29,657 nucleotides of DNA from a virus. Taxonomy: Duplodnaviria > Caudoviricetes. The stretch lies in IMG/VR virus record IMGVR_UViG_3300021976_000059; one strand, 5' to 3'. This document shows positions 14,683 to 23,337 of the stretch, in pieces (position 1 is the first letter of the stretch; each line of letters starts with the position of its first letter). A program made the position numbers and the translations under genes. The notes under the pieces are model-generated. The model was not told the DNA's origin. It saw only the letters and a list, made by a program, of their open reading frames with translations, and searched no databases.

Positions 14683-15036
14683 TCAGGGAGCGCAGGTCGC
14701 GGGGTGGGGGAGCTCGGCGTAGGCGTCGTGGATCGTGTCGACGATCTGGGGGCGGCCGCCGAGTGCGGTGACCATGTCGACGAGCAGCTGCTCCTGCTCG
14801 GCCCGGGTCTGCAGGGCCGTCTGGCAGCCTTGGATCTCGCGGTGCCTGGTCTCGCCGGCGAGTGCCCGTACGAGCTCTTCGACCCGATCGTCTCGGGCTT
14901 CGCCGGCACGTTGGGCGTCGAACGCCACCCAGCTCGACCCGGCGGACAGCAGGGCCGAGACGACCACCAGCACCGCGGCGAAGGCCATGAGGGGCTGACG
15001 GCGCAGCTGGGCCCACGCGGTGCGCCAGGCGCTCAT
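14683..15036 (-). CDS. Membrane-anchored lysis-module protein
   Basis: N-terminal TM, coiled region, two Cys. ATGA overlap. Confidence 0.75.
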   Translation of the reverse strand: MSAWRTAWAQLRRQPLMAFAAVLVVVSALLSAGSSWVAFDAQRAGEARDDRVEELVRALAGETRHREIQGCQTALQTRAEQEQLLVDMVTALGGRPQIVDTIHDAYAELPHPATCAP

Positions 15037-15320
15037 TGGATCGCCCTTCGCAGGTCAGCGATTTCTGCGGACATGGCCTGGCGCTCCTCGGTGCAGCCCC
15101 TCAGCTGGCCGCGCAGCTCCCCGAGGTCGCCTTCCTGGCGGGTGATGGTCGTCTGCAGGGCGGCGAGCGCCTTCTCGAGGTAGTTGAGGCCCACGCCGGT
15201 GGCGTCGGCGCTGCGGCGCGCGTCTTCAGCGCGGGCCGAGCGCACGAACCCGGCGATCCCGACGCTGCCACCGGCGATCGCTGTGAGGAGCGCCGCCACC
15301 GATGCCGCCGCCTGCCACAT
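15033..15320 (-). CDS. TM plus coiled-coil lysis-module protein
   Basis: Hydrophobic N-terminus and heptad-rich C-terminus. Directly after the endolysin. Confidence 0.8.
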   Translation of the reverse strand: MWQAAASVAALLTAIAGGSVGIAGFVRSARAEDARRSADATGVGLNYLEKALAALQTTITRQEGDLGELRGQLRGCTEERQAMSAEIADLRRAIQ

Positions 15321-15322
15321 GG

Positions 15323-16231
15323 TCAGCCCGTAGCGCCGGCGGCAGCGGCGCCGAACACGGCGGTGAGCACCTGACGGAACCGGTCCTCGACGTCGTCGGT
15401 GGTGGCGAGGTCCGTGACCCCGGGGATGGCGGCGATCAGCGCGGCGGTGAGTCCGGGGGCCAACGCGGTGGCGATCATGGCCTCGTCGACGTCGACACGG
15501 GGGACGACGGGGAGGGGGATCAGCGACGCGAGGGCGTCGTGGGTCGCGGTGTCGATCGTCTCGCCGACGATGTCGAGGGCACGGATGGCGCCGCGCTGGG
15601 CGGCGTTGAGGCGCTTGGGGTCTCCGGCACCGAAGAGCAGGGCGGGTCGGCCGGCGCAGTCGAGCAGTCGTACATCGGGCATCTCAGGTGGCTCCTCTTC
15701 GATGAGTGCAGGGGTGGGTGCTGGGCCGCTGACGATCTCGTGGCGGAGGTCGGCCAGGCGGGCGTAGAGGTAGCGGCCGGGGCAATCGGTCGAGGCGCCG
15801 GGGGCGTCGAGGTGGCCGCCGCAGGTCGGCTTCCACCAGCCGCGATCGCGGCCGTGGCGGGCCAGGTCCACCGTCGCCCGCCACGCGGCAGCGGTGACCG
15901 GCCGGTTCTCGAAGTTGCCGAGCAGGCAGAGGGCGTGGGCGCGGGTGTTGTCGCCGGCTGTCGCCCCGCCGGCGATCCCGGCGCCGCGGCCCTCGTAGAT
16001 GGTGCCGTCGTCGTCGACGAGGAAGTTGTAGGCGATGTCCTTCCAGCGCTTGGTCACCTGGTGGTAGCGCTGGATGTCGCGGAGCGCCCGGGCGCCGTGC
16101 TGCTCGGTGCCGGTGTGGTGGATCCACAGCCGGGGCGTGGGCAGCGACGGCATCGGGAAGAACGCCGAGGTGGGCGCCCGGGCGGCCCACTCGGCGCGGC
16201 TGACGTAGGGGTGGCCGGCGAGGGTTCCCAT
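15323..16231 (-). CDS. Endolysin, N-acetylmuramoyl-L-alanine amidase (Amidase_2/PGRP-like)
   Basis: SRAEWAA, IHHTG, IQRYHQ...WKDIAYNFLVD..G.IYEGRG, GHLD and TDCPG. Confidence 0.93.
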   Translation of the reverse strand: MGTLAGHPYVSRAEWAARAPTSAFFPMPSLPTPRLWIHHTGTEQHGARALRDIQRYHQVTKRWKDIAYNFLVDDDGTIYEGRGAGIAGGATAGDNTRAHALCLLGNFENRPVTAAAWRATVDLARHGRDRGWWKPTCGGHLDAPGASTDCPGRYLYARLADLRHEIVSGPAPTPALIEEEPPEMPDVRLLDCAGRPALLFGAGDPKRLNAAQRGAIRALDIVGETIDTATHDALASLIPLPVVPRVDVDEAMIATALAPGLTAALIAAIPGVTDLATTDDVEDRFRQVLTAVFGAAAAGATG

Positions 16232-16283
16232 GGGCGCGTCTCCTCAGAAGGTCGAAGGGTGGGGAAGTCGCCGGGGGTGCGCG

Positions 16284-18791
16284 CTACGTAGCCAGGGACA
16301 GTTCCCAGGTGACCCGCCACTGCTTGCCGGCGTTGTCGGGCTTGTGGGCGATGGACTCGATGACGAAGTCGGCCTCGACGCCCATGCCGGTGGTGCCGGT
16401 GGCGATCAGGTGGATCTTGTCGCCGACGCGGCGGCGGATCGCCTGGGCCCGGTGGGCGGCGGAGAGGGTCGCGGGGAACGACAGCGTGAAGATGGGGCGG
16501 TCATCGGCGTAGCGGCCGAGGATGGTGCCGGCGTAGTCGGCGGCGTCGCCCTCGGTGGCGAAGAGGTTGGGGACTGCGCTGGGTGAGCGCACGGCCCGCT
16601 GTCCCTGCTGGGAGTCGAGGTCGTCGACGGTGATGAACCGGCCGGCGGGCTGCCCGGGGACCGCCCCAAGACCGGTGGCCTTCGCCAGCTCGCCGTCGTA
16701 GCCGCGCACGGCGATGACCACCGACTCGTTGATGGTGAACCCGGTGAGGGCCGTGAGCGGCCCGGGGTCCTCGGACTCGGTGCAGTCGATCTTGTGGCAC
16801 GCTGTCCAGCCGACCTCGTACTGGTTGGCGCCCGTGGAGACGAATGACCCGCGCGACTCGGTGTAGCCGTGGGGCGCCACGAACGGGTCGGCGAAGGTAC
16901 CGCTGCCGGCCACCGAACCGATCCCGGTAGCGAACAGCATGAACAGTGTCGACTGCCGACCCCACCCGTGGGCGACGCCGGCGGGGTCGAGGCCGGCGGT
17001 GACGGTCCCCACCGACAGACCGCTGGGCGAGCCGTACCAGCCACGGATCCGCCAGAGGGTGGCGACCCACAGCCCGGCGATGGTGCCGAGGTCGTCGAAG
17101 AACTTGGGGGTCGTGGCCGACTCGGTGCCGTCGCAGATGAGCGTGTAGATCCGCATGCCGACGGTGGACTTGAGGTTGCGGTGTTCGGTCCAGAACCGGG
17201 GCACGAACCAGTCGTTGCTGACGCCGCCGATGCCCTTGCTGCTGGCGACGACGAGCACCAGGAGGTCGCGGGCGATGACCGTGGGCAGGAGGATGTCGAC
17301 GTCGGCGCTGCCGAAGTGGGTGCCCGAGGCTGCCACCACGATGCCGCTGGGCGCGGAGGGGGCGACGCCGGCGGTGACCCGGTTGATGATCGCCCGGCGC
17401 TGGTCGTACGGGGTCAGGTCCGAGTACTCGAGCCCGGGGCCGGGGCCGTCGCAGAACGTGACCGCTGCGGTCGTGCTGGTGCTGTCCAAGGTGAGGCCGC
17501 CGTCACGGTTGAAGTAGCCGATGGGGCCCTCGTTGGTCTCGTGCAGGAACCCGATCTCGACCTCCTCGAACAGGCGGGCCAGCGCCAGGGCCTTGCCGTC
17601 CTCGATGCCGACCGGGCCGGTCAGGATGACGCCCTCGTTGATCGGCCCGGGCGGGTGCAGGAGGGCGGCCTTCGCCAGGACATCACCGACGAGCAGCCCG
17701 GTAGCTGCGCCCTCGAGGGGGAGCCGTGGGGCGGCGACGTCGGCCAGGGCGGCGCGGGCGAGCCAGCCTTCACCGGCGATCGACGCTGTCTTGCGGCCGG
17801 CGACAGGGGCGGCGGGGCGGACGTCGGAGATGTCGCCGGTCCACAACACGCCCTCGATCGGCTGGGACACGTCCTCGAACACCCACACGTCGACGAACGA
17901 CGGGGGCTCGGCCTCGGCCGCCTCCCAGATTGCGACCAGACCGGCCCCGTTGCCGCCTACGGCGTCGACGAGCGTGTCGGTGATGACGGGCGCCCCCCCG
18001 ACGTAGGCGGTCGCCTGGTCGCCCTGGACCCGGAGGCCGACGACCATGCCGTCCCAGGGTGTGAGGGGGTGGAAGTCGAGCACCGACGCGACGCCGGCGA
18101 CGACCTCGACGAGCTCGACCATGCCGGCGAGGGTGACCCGCACCATCACGAGCTCGTTGGTGCTGGAGTACCGGGCGACGACACCCGCACCGGTGTCGGG
18201 TCCGATGGGTCCGAGGGTGGCCTGCACGTAGTGGTCGTCGGTGAACCCCACCGCGAGGGCGAACTGCGGGAACGTGGCGCCGTCGTCGGTGGGCCGAGCC
18301 CGACCGCCCGACACGGTCCAGGCGTCGGCCCCGGCCCCGGTGTTCTCCGTGATCCACGCTTGGCCGGTCTCGGCGATCGTCAGCACGCCGTCGGTACCGA
18401 AGCGGTCGCGCAGCAGCAGCGCGGGGTCGACGTCGGTGGCCTCGGTGGTGCGGAGCCGGATCTTGCGGCCGGTGCGCAGCGAGTTGGCGCCCTGGTTCAG
18501 CGGCGAGTCGGCGTTGAAGAAGTTGAACCGGTCGTCGTCGTTGCGGAGCAGGGCCTTGAGGGCGCCGGGGCCGGCGAGCCCGGTGACGCTGGAGGGGAAG
18601 TCGCGGCCCGTCTTGGTCTCGGCGTCGTAGAGGAGGCTGGTGACATCCTCGTCGGGCTGGTCGAAGTCGCCGTCGTTGTCGAAGTCGCACTCGAGGACGA
18701 GGTCGGCGTCGACCTGGCCGCCGCCGGGCGTGAACGTGACGACGGCGGTGCCGCCGAGGGTGACGCCGCCGGTGGTGGGGGCGACCGCCAT
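16284..18791 (-). CDS. Large minor tail / baseplate-hub-like protein (835 aa)
   Basis: DFDNDGDF..EDVT, GR...G...LRNDDDRF, LWTGDI, EVEIGFLHE...G.I.YFNR, IINRVT and GDKIHL...FVIESIAH. ATG 18791 follows the previous stop by 2 nt. Confidence 0.85.
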   Translation of the reverse strand: MAVAPTTGGVTLGGTAVVTFTPGGGQVDADLVLECDFDNDGDFDQPDEDVTSLLYDAETKTGRDFPSSVTGLAGPGALKALLRNDDDRFNFFNADSPLNQGANSLRTGRKIRLRTTEATDVDPALLLRDRFGTDGVLTIAETGQAWITENTGAGADAWTVSGGRARPTDDGATFPQFALAVGFTDDHYVQATLGPIGPDTGAGVVARYSSTNELVMVRVTLAGMVELVEVVAGVASVLDFHPLTPWDGMVVGLRVQGDQATAYVGGAPVITDTLVDAVGGNGAGLVAIWEAAEAEPPSFVDVWVFEDVSQPIEGVLWTGDISDVRPAAPVAGRKTASIAGEGWLARAALADVAAPRLPLEGAATGLLVGDVLAKAALLHPPGPINEGVILTGPVGIEDGKALALARLFEEVEIGFLHETNEGPIGYFNRDGGLTLDSTSTTAAVTFCDGPGPGLEYSDLTPYDQRRAIINRVTAGVAPSAPSGIVVAASGTHFGSADVDILLPTVIARDLLVLVVASSKGIGGVSNDWFVPRFWTEHRNLKSTVGMRIYTLICDGTESATTPKFFDDLGTIAGLWVATLWRIRGWYGSPSGLSVGTVTAGLDPAGVAHGWGRQSTLFMLFATGIGSVAGSGTFADPFVAPHGYTESRGSFVSTGANQYEVGWTACHKIDCTESEDPGPLTALTGFTINESVVIAVRGYDGELAKATGLGAVPGQPAGRFITVDDLDSQQGQRAVRSPSAVPNLFATEGDAADYAGTILGRYADDRPIFTLSFPATLSAAHRAQAIRRRVGDKIHLIATGTTGMGVEADFVIESIAHKPDNAGKQWRVTWELSLAT

Positions 18792-18793
18792 GG

Positions 18794-19852
18794 CTAGAAG
18801 TACTCGGTGATGATGACGACGCCGGGGGCGCCGACCGTGGACACACGCGCAGCGGTCGAGGCGCCGGAGAGGGCACCGGAGGAGCCGCCCCCGTAGTTCT
18901 TGCCGGCGGTGCCGTTGCCGGCGCCGATCGTCTTCGCTGCGCCGGACAGCATCGAGTCGGCGCCCTGACCGGACCGTGCGGCGAGCCCGTCGTTGACGAT
19001 GCCGGTGCCGCCTGCGGAGCCGGGGATGTTCAGGTCTCCGCTCGCCCCGGCGCCGCCTGCGCCGCCAGCGGCCGCGGCGTTGGCGCCTACGGCCACGCCG
19101 CCCATTTGTGTGCCGCCTGCACCACCAGTGGCAGAGCAGTGCGACCCGAACGACGTCGTGCCCCCCGTCGCGCCCGCGGCGCCCGCAGCCGCGGCGACGG
19201 CACCGGCGCCGATCGTGACCGCCACGGTGGCGGCGAGGTTGTCGGCCTGGATCATCTTGCGGGAGTAGCCGCCGGCGCCGCCGCCGGCGCCCTCGGCCTG
19301 TTGGCCCGCAGCGGTCGCGCCGGTGCCGCCACCGGAGCCGCCGCCGCCAACCAGCTCGACGAGGATCGCCTTGAGCCCGACCGGCTTGGTCCAGGTCCCC
19401 GAGCTGGTGAAGATGTCCATGTCGACGCGGTTCCTTCCTGTGTCGTCGTCGAGGGTGAGCCGCGGCGTGACCGTGACGGCATCCGAGGAGACCTCGACGG
19501 GGATCGGTGCGTCGAAGTGCTCGAACCACTGGAGCGCCCCGTCGGAGTTGCGGGTCAGGTAGTAGCCGTAGACCTGCTGCACGACCCCGGTCGTCGAGCG
19601 GGTGAACGTGACGGGTGAGCGCACCGCTTCGGACGGGTCCCCGGCGGTGGTGGTCCACGCTGTCGTCATCGACACGGCGGCGTAGCCGGCGAACGTGGCC
19701 TCGGTGAACGCGGCTTGGGTGAGGGCCTCGATCTGGGTGGCGGTGAGCCCGGAGGTGACGTTGTTGACGTACAGACGCAACGTCATGTCGATGTTGGTGA
19801 TCAGGTCGAGGAACGCTTCCTCGCCCTGGTTGACGACTGTGACGCTGCTCAT
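18794..19852 (-). CDS. Minor tail protein with C-terminal glycine-rich domain
   Basis: LRLYVNN...FTEATFAGYAA N-domain, then FTSSGTWTKP...VELVGGGGSGG...GVVIITEYF. Confidence 0.88.
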   Translation of the reverse strand: MSSVTVVNQGEEAFLDLITNIDMTLRLYVNNVTSGLTATQIEALTQAAFTEATFAGYAAVSMTTAWTTTAGDPSEAVRSPVTFTRSTTGVVQQVYGYYLTRNSDGALQWFEHFDAPIPVEVSSDAVTVTPRLTLDDDTGRNRVDMDIFTSSGTWTKPVGLKAILVELVGGGGSGGGTGATAAGQQAEGAGGGAGGYSRKMIQADNLAATVAVTIGAGAVAAAAGAAGATGGTTSFGSHCSATGGAGGTQMGGVAVGANAAAAGGAGGAGASGDLNIPGSAGGTGIVNDGLAARSGQGADSMLSGAAKTIGAGNGTAGKNYGGGSSGALSGASTAARVSTVGAPGVVIITEYF

Positions 19853-20937
19853 CCGAACGCCCCTCCGAACCCGCCACGGGTCAGCTCGTCACGCACGACC
19901 TTGACCAGGTCCCGCTCGGAGGTGATGGAGCCGGCGACGTAGATGACCACGGTGGGCCCCGACGCTGCACCGGCCGGGCTGACCCGCTCGCCGGCCTGCA
20001 GGAGGGCTAGGCCCTCGCTGCCTGGGGCGCCGGGGAAGATGCCGCCTTGGTGCATCGACGGGATGTGGAACGACTTGCCGCCGACGAACGGCACCCACGA
20101 CGGGGTCGTGAACCCGAACCCGCCGACCGTCGAGTTCCACAGCGACTTCACGGCCCCGAACGCGGAGGTGAAGGGGCTCGAGATGGTGCTCGCCAGCCCC
20201 GAGAAGAACCCGCCGATCTTGCCCGGCAGCCCGCGGAAGAACCCGGTGATGGAGTCCCAGTTGCGGACGATGGCCAGCACTGCGAGCCCGAACGGGCCGG
20301 TCAGGATGGCGAGCACCAGCGGCCAGTTGCGGGCCAGCCAGTCCTTCGCTTTCGACGCCGCGTTGGTGATGAACCCCCACGCCGCGGAGGCGACCGCCTT
20401 CACGTCGTCGAACCCGACGCCCATGGCGACGAGGATGCCGATGACGGCGCCGATGGCGAGGATCACGAGGGCGATCGGGCCGAGCGAGATGAGCCAGGCG
20501 GCGGCCATCACGGCGGCGGAGGCCATGGCCTGGATGCCCATGGCGATCCAGCTGGCGACGGTCGTGGCAGCAGCGGCGACGTGCTGACCGGCGGACAGGA
20601 CGGCCTTGCCACCGTTGGCGAGGAGTGCCGCGCCCTGCTGAGCGAGCGGGACGACGGTGTGCTCGACGGCGTCGCCGAGGTCGGCCATGGCCATCGCGGC
20701 GGTCTCGGCGGTGAGGTCGCCGGACATGAGGGTGTTCACGCCGGAGATGCCGGCGCCGAGCCCGAGGAACCGGGTCTCGGTGTTGCCGCCGGCCTCACCC
20801 AGGCGGTCGAGCCCGCCGGCGCCCGTCTTGGCGTCGCGGCCCATCGTGGTGGCGCCGGCGCCGACGTTCTTCATGGTCTTGTCGAGGTTGGAGGAGTCAC
20901 CGGCGAAGGTGAGCAGCACCTCGTTCTTGCCGGACAT
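19849..20937 (-). CDS. Tape measure protein (362 aa)
   Basis: N-terminal VLLTFAGDS, Ala/Gly helical body with W/F periodicity, C-terminal HQGG...GERV motif, expected position. Confidence 0.88.
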   Translation of the reverse strand: MSGKNEVLLTFAGDSSNLDKTMKNVGAGATTMGRDAKTGAGGLDRLGEAGGNTETRFLGLGAGISGVNTLMSGDLTAETAAMAMADLGDAVEHTVVPLAQQGAALLANGGKAVLSAGQHVAAAATTVASWIAMGIQAMASAAVMAAAWLISLGPIALVILAIGAVIGILVAMGVGFDDVKAVASAAWGFITNAASKAKDWLARNWPLVLAILTGPFGLAVLAIVRNWDSITGFFRGLPGKIGGFFSGLASTISSPFTSAFGAVKSLWNSTVGGFGFTTPSWVPFVGGKSFHIPSMHQGGIFPGAPGSEGLALLQAGERVSPAGAASGPTVVIYVAGSITSERDLVKVVRDELTRGGFGGAFG

Positions 20938-21353
20938 CAGGTCACCTCGATCCGTGCGCTGCGGGCCACCGTCATGAGCCCGTTGGTGAGGGAGTCCTGG
21001 AACCGGCCCGAGCCCTCGGCCCGGAAGTAGACGTTGTAGATGTACCGGCCCTCGACGAGGAACGGCCGCTTCACGGAGCGCCGCCTGCCGACCCGGCCAC
21101 CGAAGTCGAGCCACGGGTAGTACGGGGCCCCGCTGCCGCCACCGGTGACAGTGGCCGAGGTCTCCGTCGACCGGGCCTTGACGGTGCCCTTGGCGCGGCC
21201 GGTACGCGACGGCACCCGGGCCCGGGCGTCGGGGCCGACGATGTCGGCGGCGTCGTTGAACGCCATGTGCAACGCCTTCGGGAGGTCCCGCCTGAGGTCG
21301 TTGAGTCCGCTCTGGAACTCGGTGAGACCGTCGATCTTGACCGTGGCGGCCAC
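20937..21353 (-). CDS. HK97 gp10-like neck/tail-completion protein
   Basis: VKIDGLTEF...ARARVPSRTGR...PYYPWLDFGG pattern. Confidence 0.8.
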   Translation of the reverse strand: MAATVKIDGLTEFQSGLNDLRRDLPKALHMAFNDAADIVGPDARARVPSRTGRAKGTVKARSTETSATVTGGGSGAPYYPWLDFGGRVGRRRSVKRPFLVEGRYIYNVYFRAEGSGRFQDSLTNGLMTVARSARIEVT

Positions 21354-21357
21354 CGGT

Positions 21358-21495
21358 TCAGCCCTTCGACCTGAGCTGCTCGCGTTGCGCCAGGCGCCCG
21401 TAGTAGACGCCCCAGCGGACGTACTCGGCCTGGGCCATCTCAGCCCGCAGGGCCGTCACCGTCATCGCCAGCTTCTGCGCCAGGAAGAACTCGAA
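21358..21495 (-). CDS. Tail assembly chaperone, frameshifted C-terminal extension (+1 frame)
   Basis: FEFFLAQKLAMTVTALRAEMAQAEYVRWGVYYGRLAQREQLRSKG* is entered at TTT-CGA (21496-21491) and fills the gap to the next gene. Confidence 0.8.
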   Translation of the reverse strand, partial: FEFFLAQKLAMTVTALRAEMAQAEYVRWGVYYGRLAQREQLRSKG

Positions 21496-21829
21496 ACTCA
21501 GCGCCGTCCTCCTGCTCGAAGGCGACGTATGCCTCCTTCGCCGCGGTCTCCGTCATGCCCGACAGCTGACTGATCCGCAGCGTCAGCTTCTCCAGCTCAC
21601 CGGCGGGCGAGTTCTCCTGCCAGCGCTTCGCCTCGTTCTCGGTCAGCTCGGGGTCGACGAGACCGAGGGCGATCATGCGCCGCTCGATGGTGACGATGTC
21701 GGGGGTATCGCGGCAGTACAGGGCCTCGGTGCGCGACAGGGCACGCACCCGCACGGTGCCGATGCCGGGCACGTCGACGTCGGCCTCCGGCAGCCGGGCC
21801 CTGAACAGCAGCTCCTTGTCGAAGCCCAT
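21440..21829 (-). CDS. Tail assembly chaperone
   Basis: VDVPGIGTVRVRALSRTE...GLVDPELT...ISQLSGM. Directly after the major tail gene. Confidence 0.88.
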   Translation of the reverse strand: MGFDKELLFRARLPEADVDVPGIGTVRVRALSRTEALYCRDTPDIVTIERRMIALGLVDPELTENEAKRWQENSPAGELEKLTLRISQLSGMTETAAKEAYVAFEQEDGAEFRVLPGAEAGDDGDGPAG

Positions 21830-22230
21830 CAGACCTGGTCCGCCGTGACGACGTCATCGGAGAACTCGACCTCGGCCTCCCACATGATCATGTCGGCCAC
21901 CGCGGAGGTCTCCTTGTAGGAGACGACGAGCACGTTGACGGTGTCCATGGGCTTGCCGGCCCCGGTGCCCTCCGGCCGGAACACCATCGGCACCACGGTG
22001 CCGATCAGCGGTTCGATCACCCCCCTCGGGCCCGTGGCCGTGTCGTCGTAGAACCCGGAGATCTTGGCGGTGCCGTCGAGCAGGCCGCCCTGCTTGACGT
22101 GGGCGTTCTTCCCGTACGTGGTGACGTCATGGGAGTCGCCGGTGCGGGCCCACTCCAGGTTGTTCGAGTGGGTGGACATGTCGACGGCGTTGAGGAGGGC
22201 GACCGTCCCCTTGCCGTGGATCTTGGCCAT
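21829..22230 (-). CDS. Major tail (tube) protein
   Basis: HGKGT...DSHDVTTYG...GLLDGT..ISGFYD...FRPEGT. SD AGGAGG. Confidence 0.88.
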   Translation of the reverse strand: MAKIHGKGTVALLNAVDMSTHSNNLEWARTGDSHDVTTYGKNAHVKQGGLLDGTAKISGFYDDTATGPRGVIEPLIGTVVPMVFRPEGTGAGKPMDTVNVLVVSYKETSAVADMIMWEAEVEFSDDVVTADQV

Positions 22231-22242
22231 GGTGAGGTCCTC

Positions 22243-23337
22243 CTAGGGGGAGCCGGGGCCGGCGATGTCGAGGGTGAGGGTGGCGGCGACGTACTCGACG
22301 CCGGCCATGGAGACGATGTCGAACTCGGCGCTCTGCACCCTGACGGTGTCGAACGCGGTGTCCTGCTCCCAGTACAGGTGCTTGAGCGGGTAGCGGACGG
22401 CGGAGAGCGGGTCGGTGTCGATGCCCAGGTGGGCGGCGGCGATGCCGGCCTGGCCCTCGCCGATCGGCGTGGGGATCGCCTCGGCGTCGCCGGCGTCGGT
22501 CTCGAGGTCGATCTCGCGGGCGAGCACCGGGTCGTCCCATTCCGGCACTGGGTCGTTAATGCCCCGTTGCCGGACGTTGACGACCGTGTCCCGCAGCCGG
22601 GCCTCGACGGTGTAGGGGAAGGCGAGCCCGAACGGGGCCGGGAACCCGGCCGCCTGGCGGTTGGCGAAGCCGCTGAGCCCGTCGAGGCTGGCCTGCCACA
22701 CACCGATCAGCAGCGTCGGTAGACCGAAGACGATGTTGTTCCAGATGACGACCGCGCGCTGCATCGTGTCGCGCTGGTAGCGGAGCACCAGGGCGTGCTG
22801 GGGAAGGATGAACACCCCGTCGCCGCGGTCACCGAAGAACGGCGGGTCGAACGTCGCCTCGGCATGGAAGTCGGCTGCCGTCAGGTCCTCGTGGACGTAG
22901 ACGTCGCGCAGGTTCGAGAAGCCTTCGGTGGTGCCGGCGCTCAGCGTCGCCTGCAGATAGGGCCCGGCGACCACCTCGAGCGTGGACACGTTGGTGCCGT
23001 CCGCGGAGAACGTGTGCTTGACCAGCTTGTCGACGTCGGGCCCGACCCGGCTCGTCGCCTCGATCGCCGCCTTGAGCGACTGCGGACCGGAGCCGTCCAT
23101 GTAGGCGGCGAGCTGGTCCCTGGACTTGCGGTCCGAGACCTTGCCGACCATGACCACCACGGGCAGCGTGAGGCGGTCCATGCCTCGGCCGTAGGTCTCG
23201 TCGAAGGTGTAGGCCTCGGGGTAGGTGACCACCGCGGCGGGCACCTGCACCTGGTCGGGTGGGAAGGCGGAGACGCGCAGCCCGGGGATCGTGTCGATGC
23301 GGGCGGCGACGTCGTCCATGACGTCGGCGAGGTTCAT
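22243..23337 (-). CDS. Tail terminator-like protein with ~230-aa inserted domain
   Basis: MNLADVMDDVAARIDTIPGLRV...PAAVV...DGSGPQSLKAAIEA [insert] TAFDTVRV..AEFD...YVAATLTLDIAG. ATGA overlap. Confidence 0.8.
   Translation of the reverse strand: MNLADVMDDVAARIDTIPGLRVSAFPPDQVQVPAAVVTYPEAYTFDETYGRGMDRLTLPVVVMVGKVSDRKSRDQLAAYMDGSGPQSLKAAIEATSRVGPDVDKLVKHTFSADGTNVSTLEVVAGPYLQATLSAGTTEGFSNLRDVYVHEDLTAADFHAEATFDPPFFGDRGDGVFILPQHALVLRYQRDTMQRAVVIWNNIVFGLPTLLIGVWQASLDGLSGFANRQAAGFPAPFGLAFPYTVEARLRDTVVNVRQRGINDPVPEWDDPVLAREIDLETDAGDAEAIPTPIGEGQAGIAAAHLGIDTDPLSAVRYPLKHLYWEQDTAFDTVRVQSAEFDIVSMAGVEYVAATLTLDIAGPGSP

Noticed and set aside
16284-19877. 1197-aa giant tail ORF as listed in the track
   Set aside because: The first 362 codons are an Arg-rich shadow frame over the 18794-19852 gene. 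The real start is ATG 18791.
22360-23055. Terminator insert as an intein
   Set aside because: No N-terminal Cys/Ser block, no His-Asn C-terminus and no homing endonuclease motifs.
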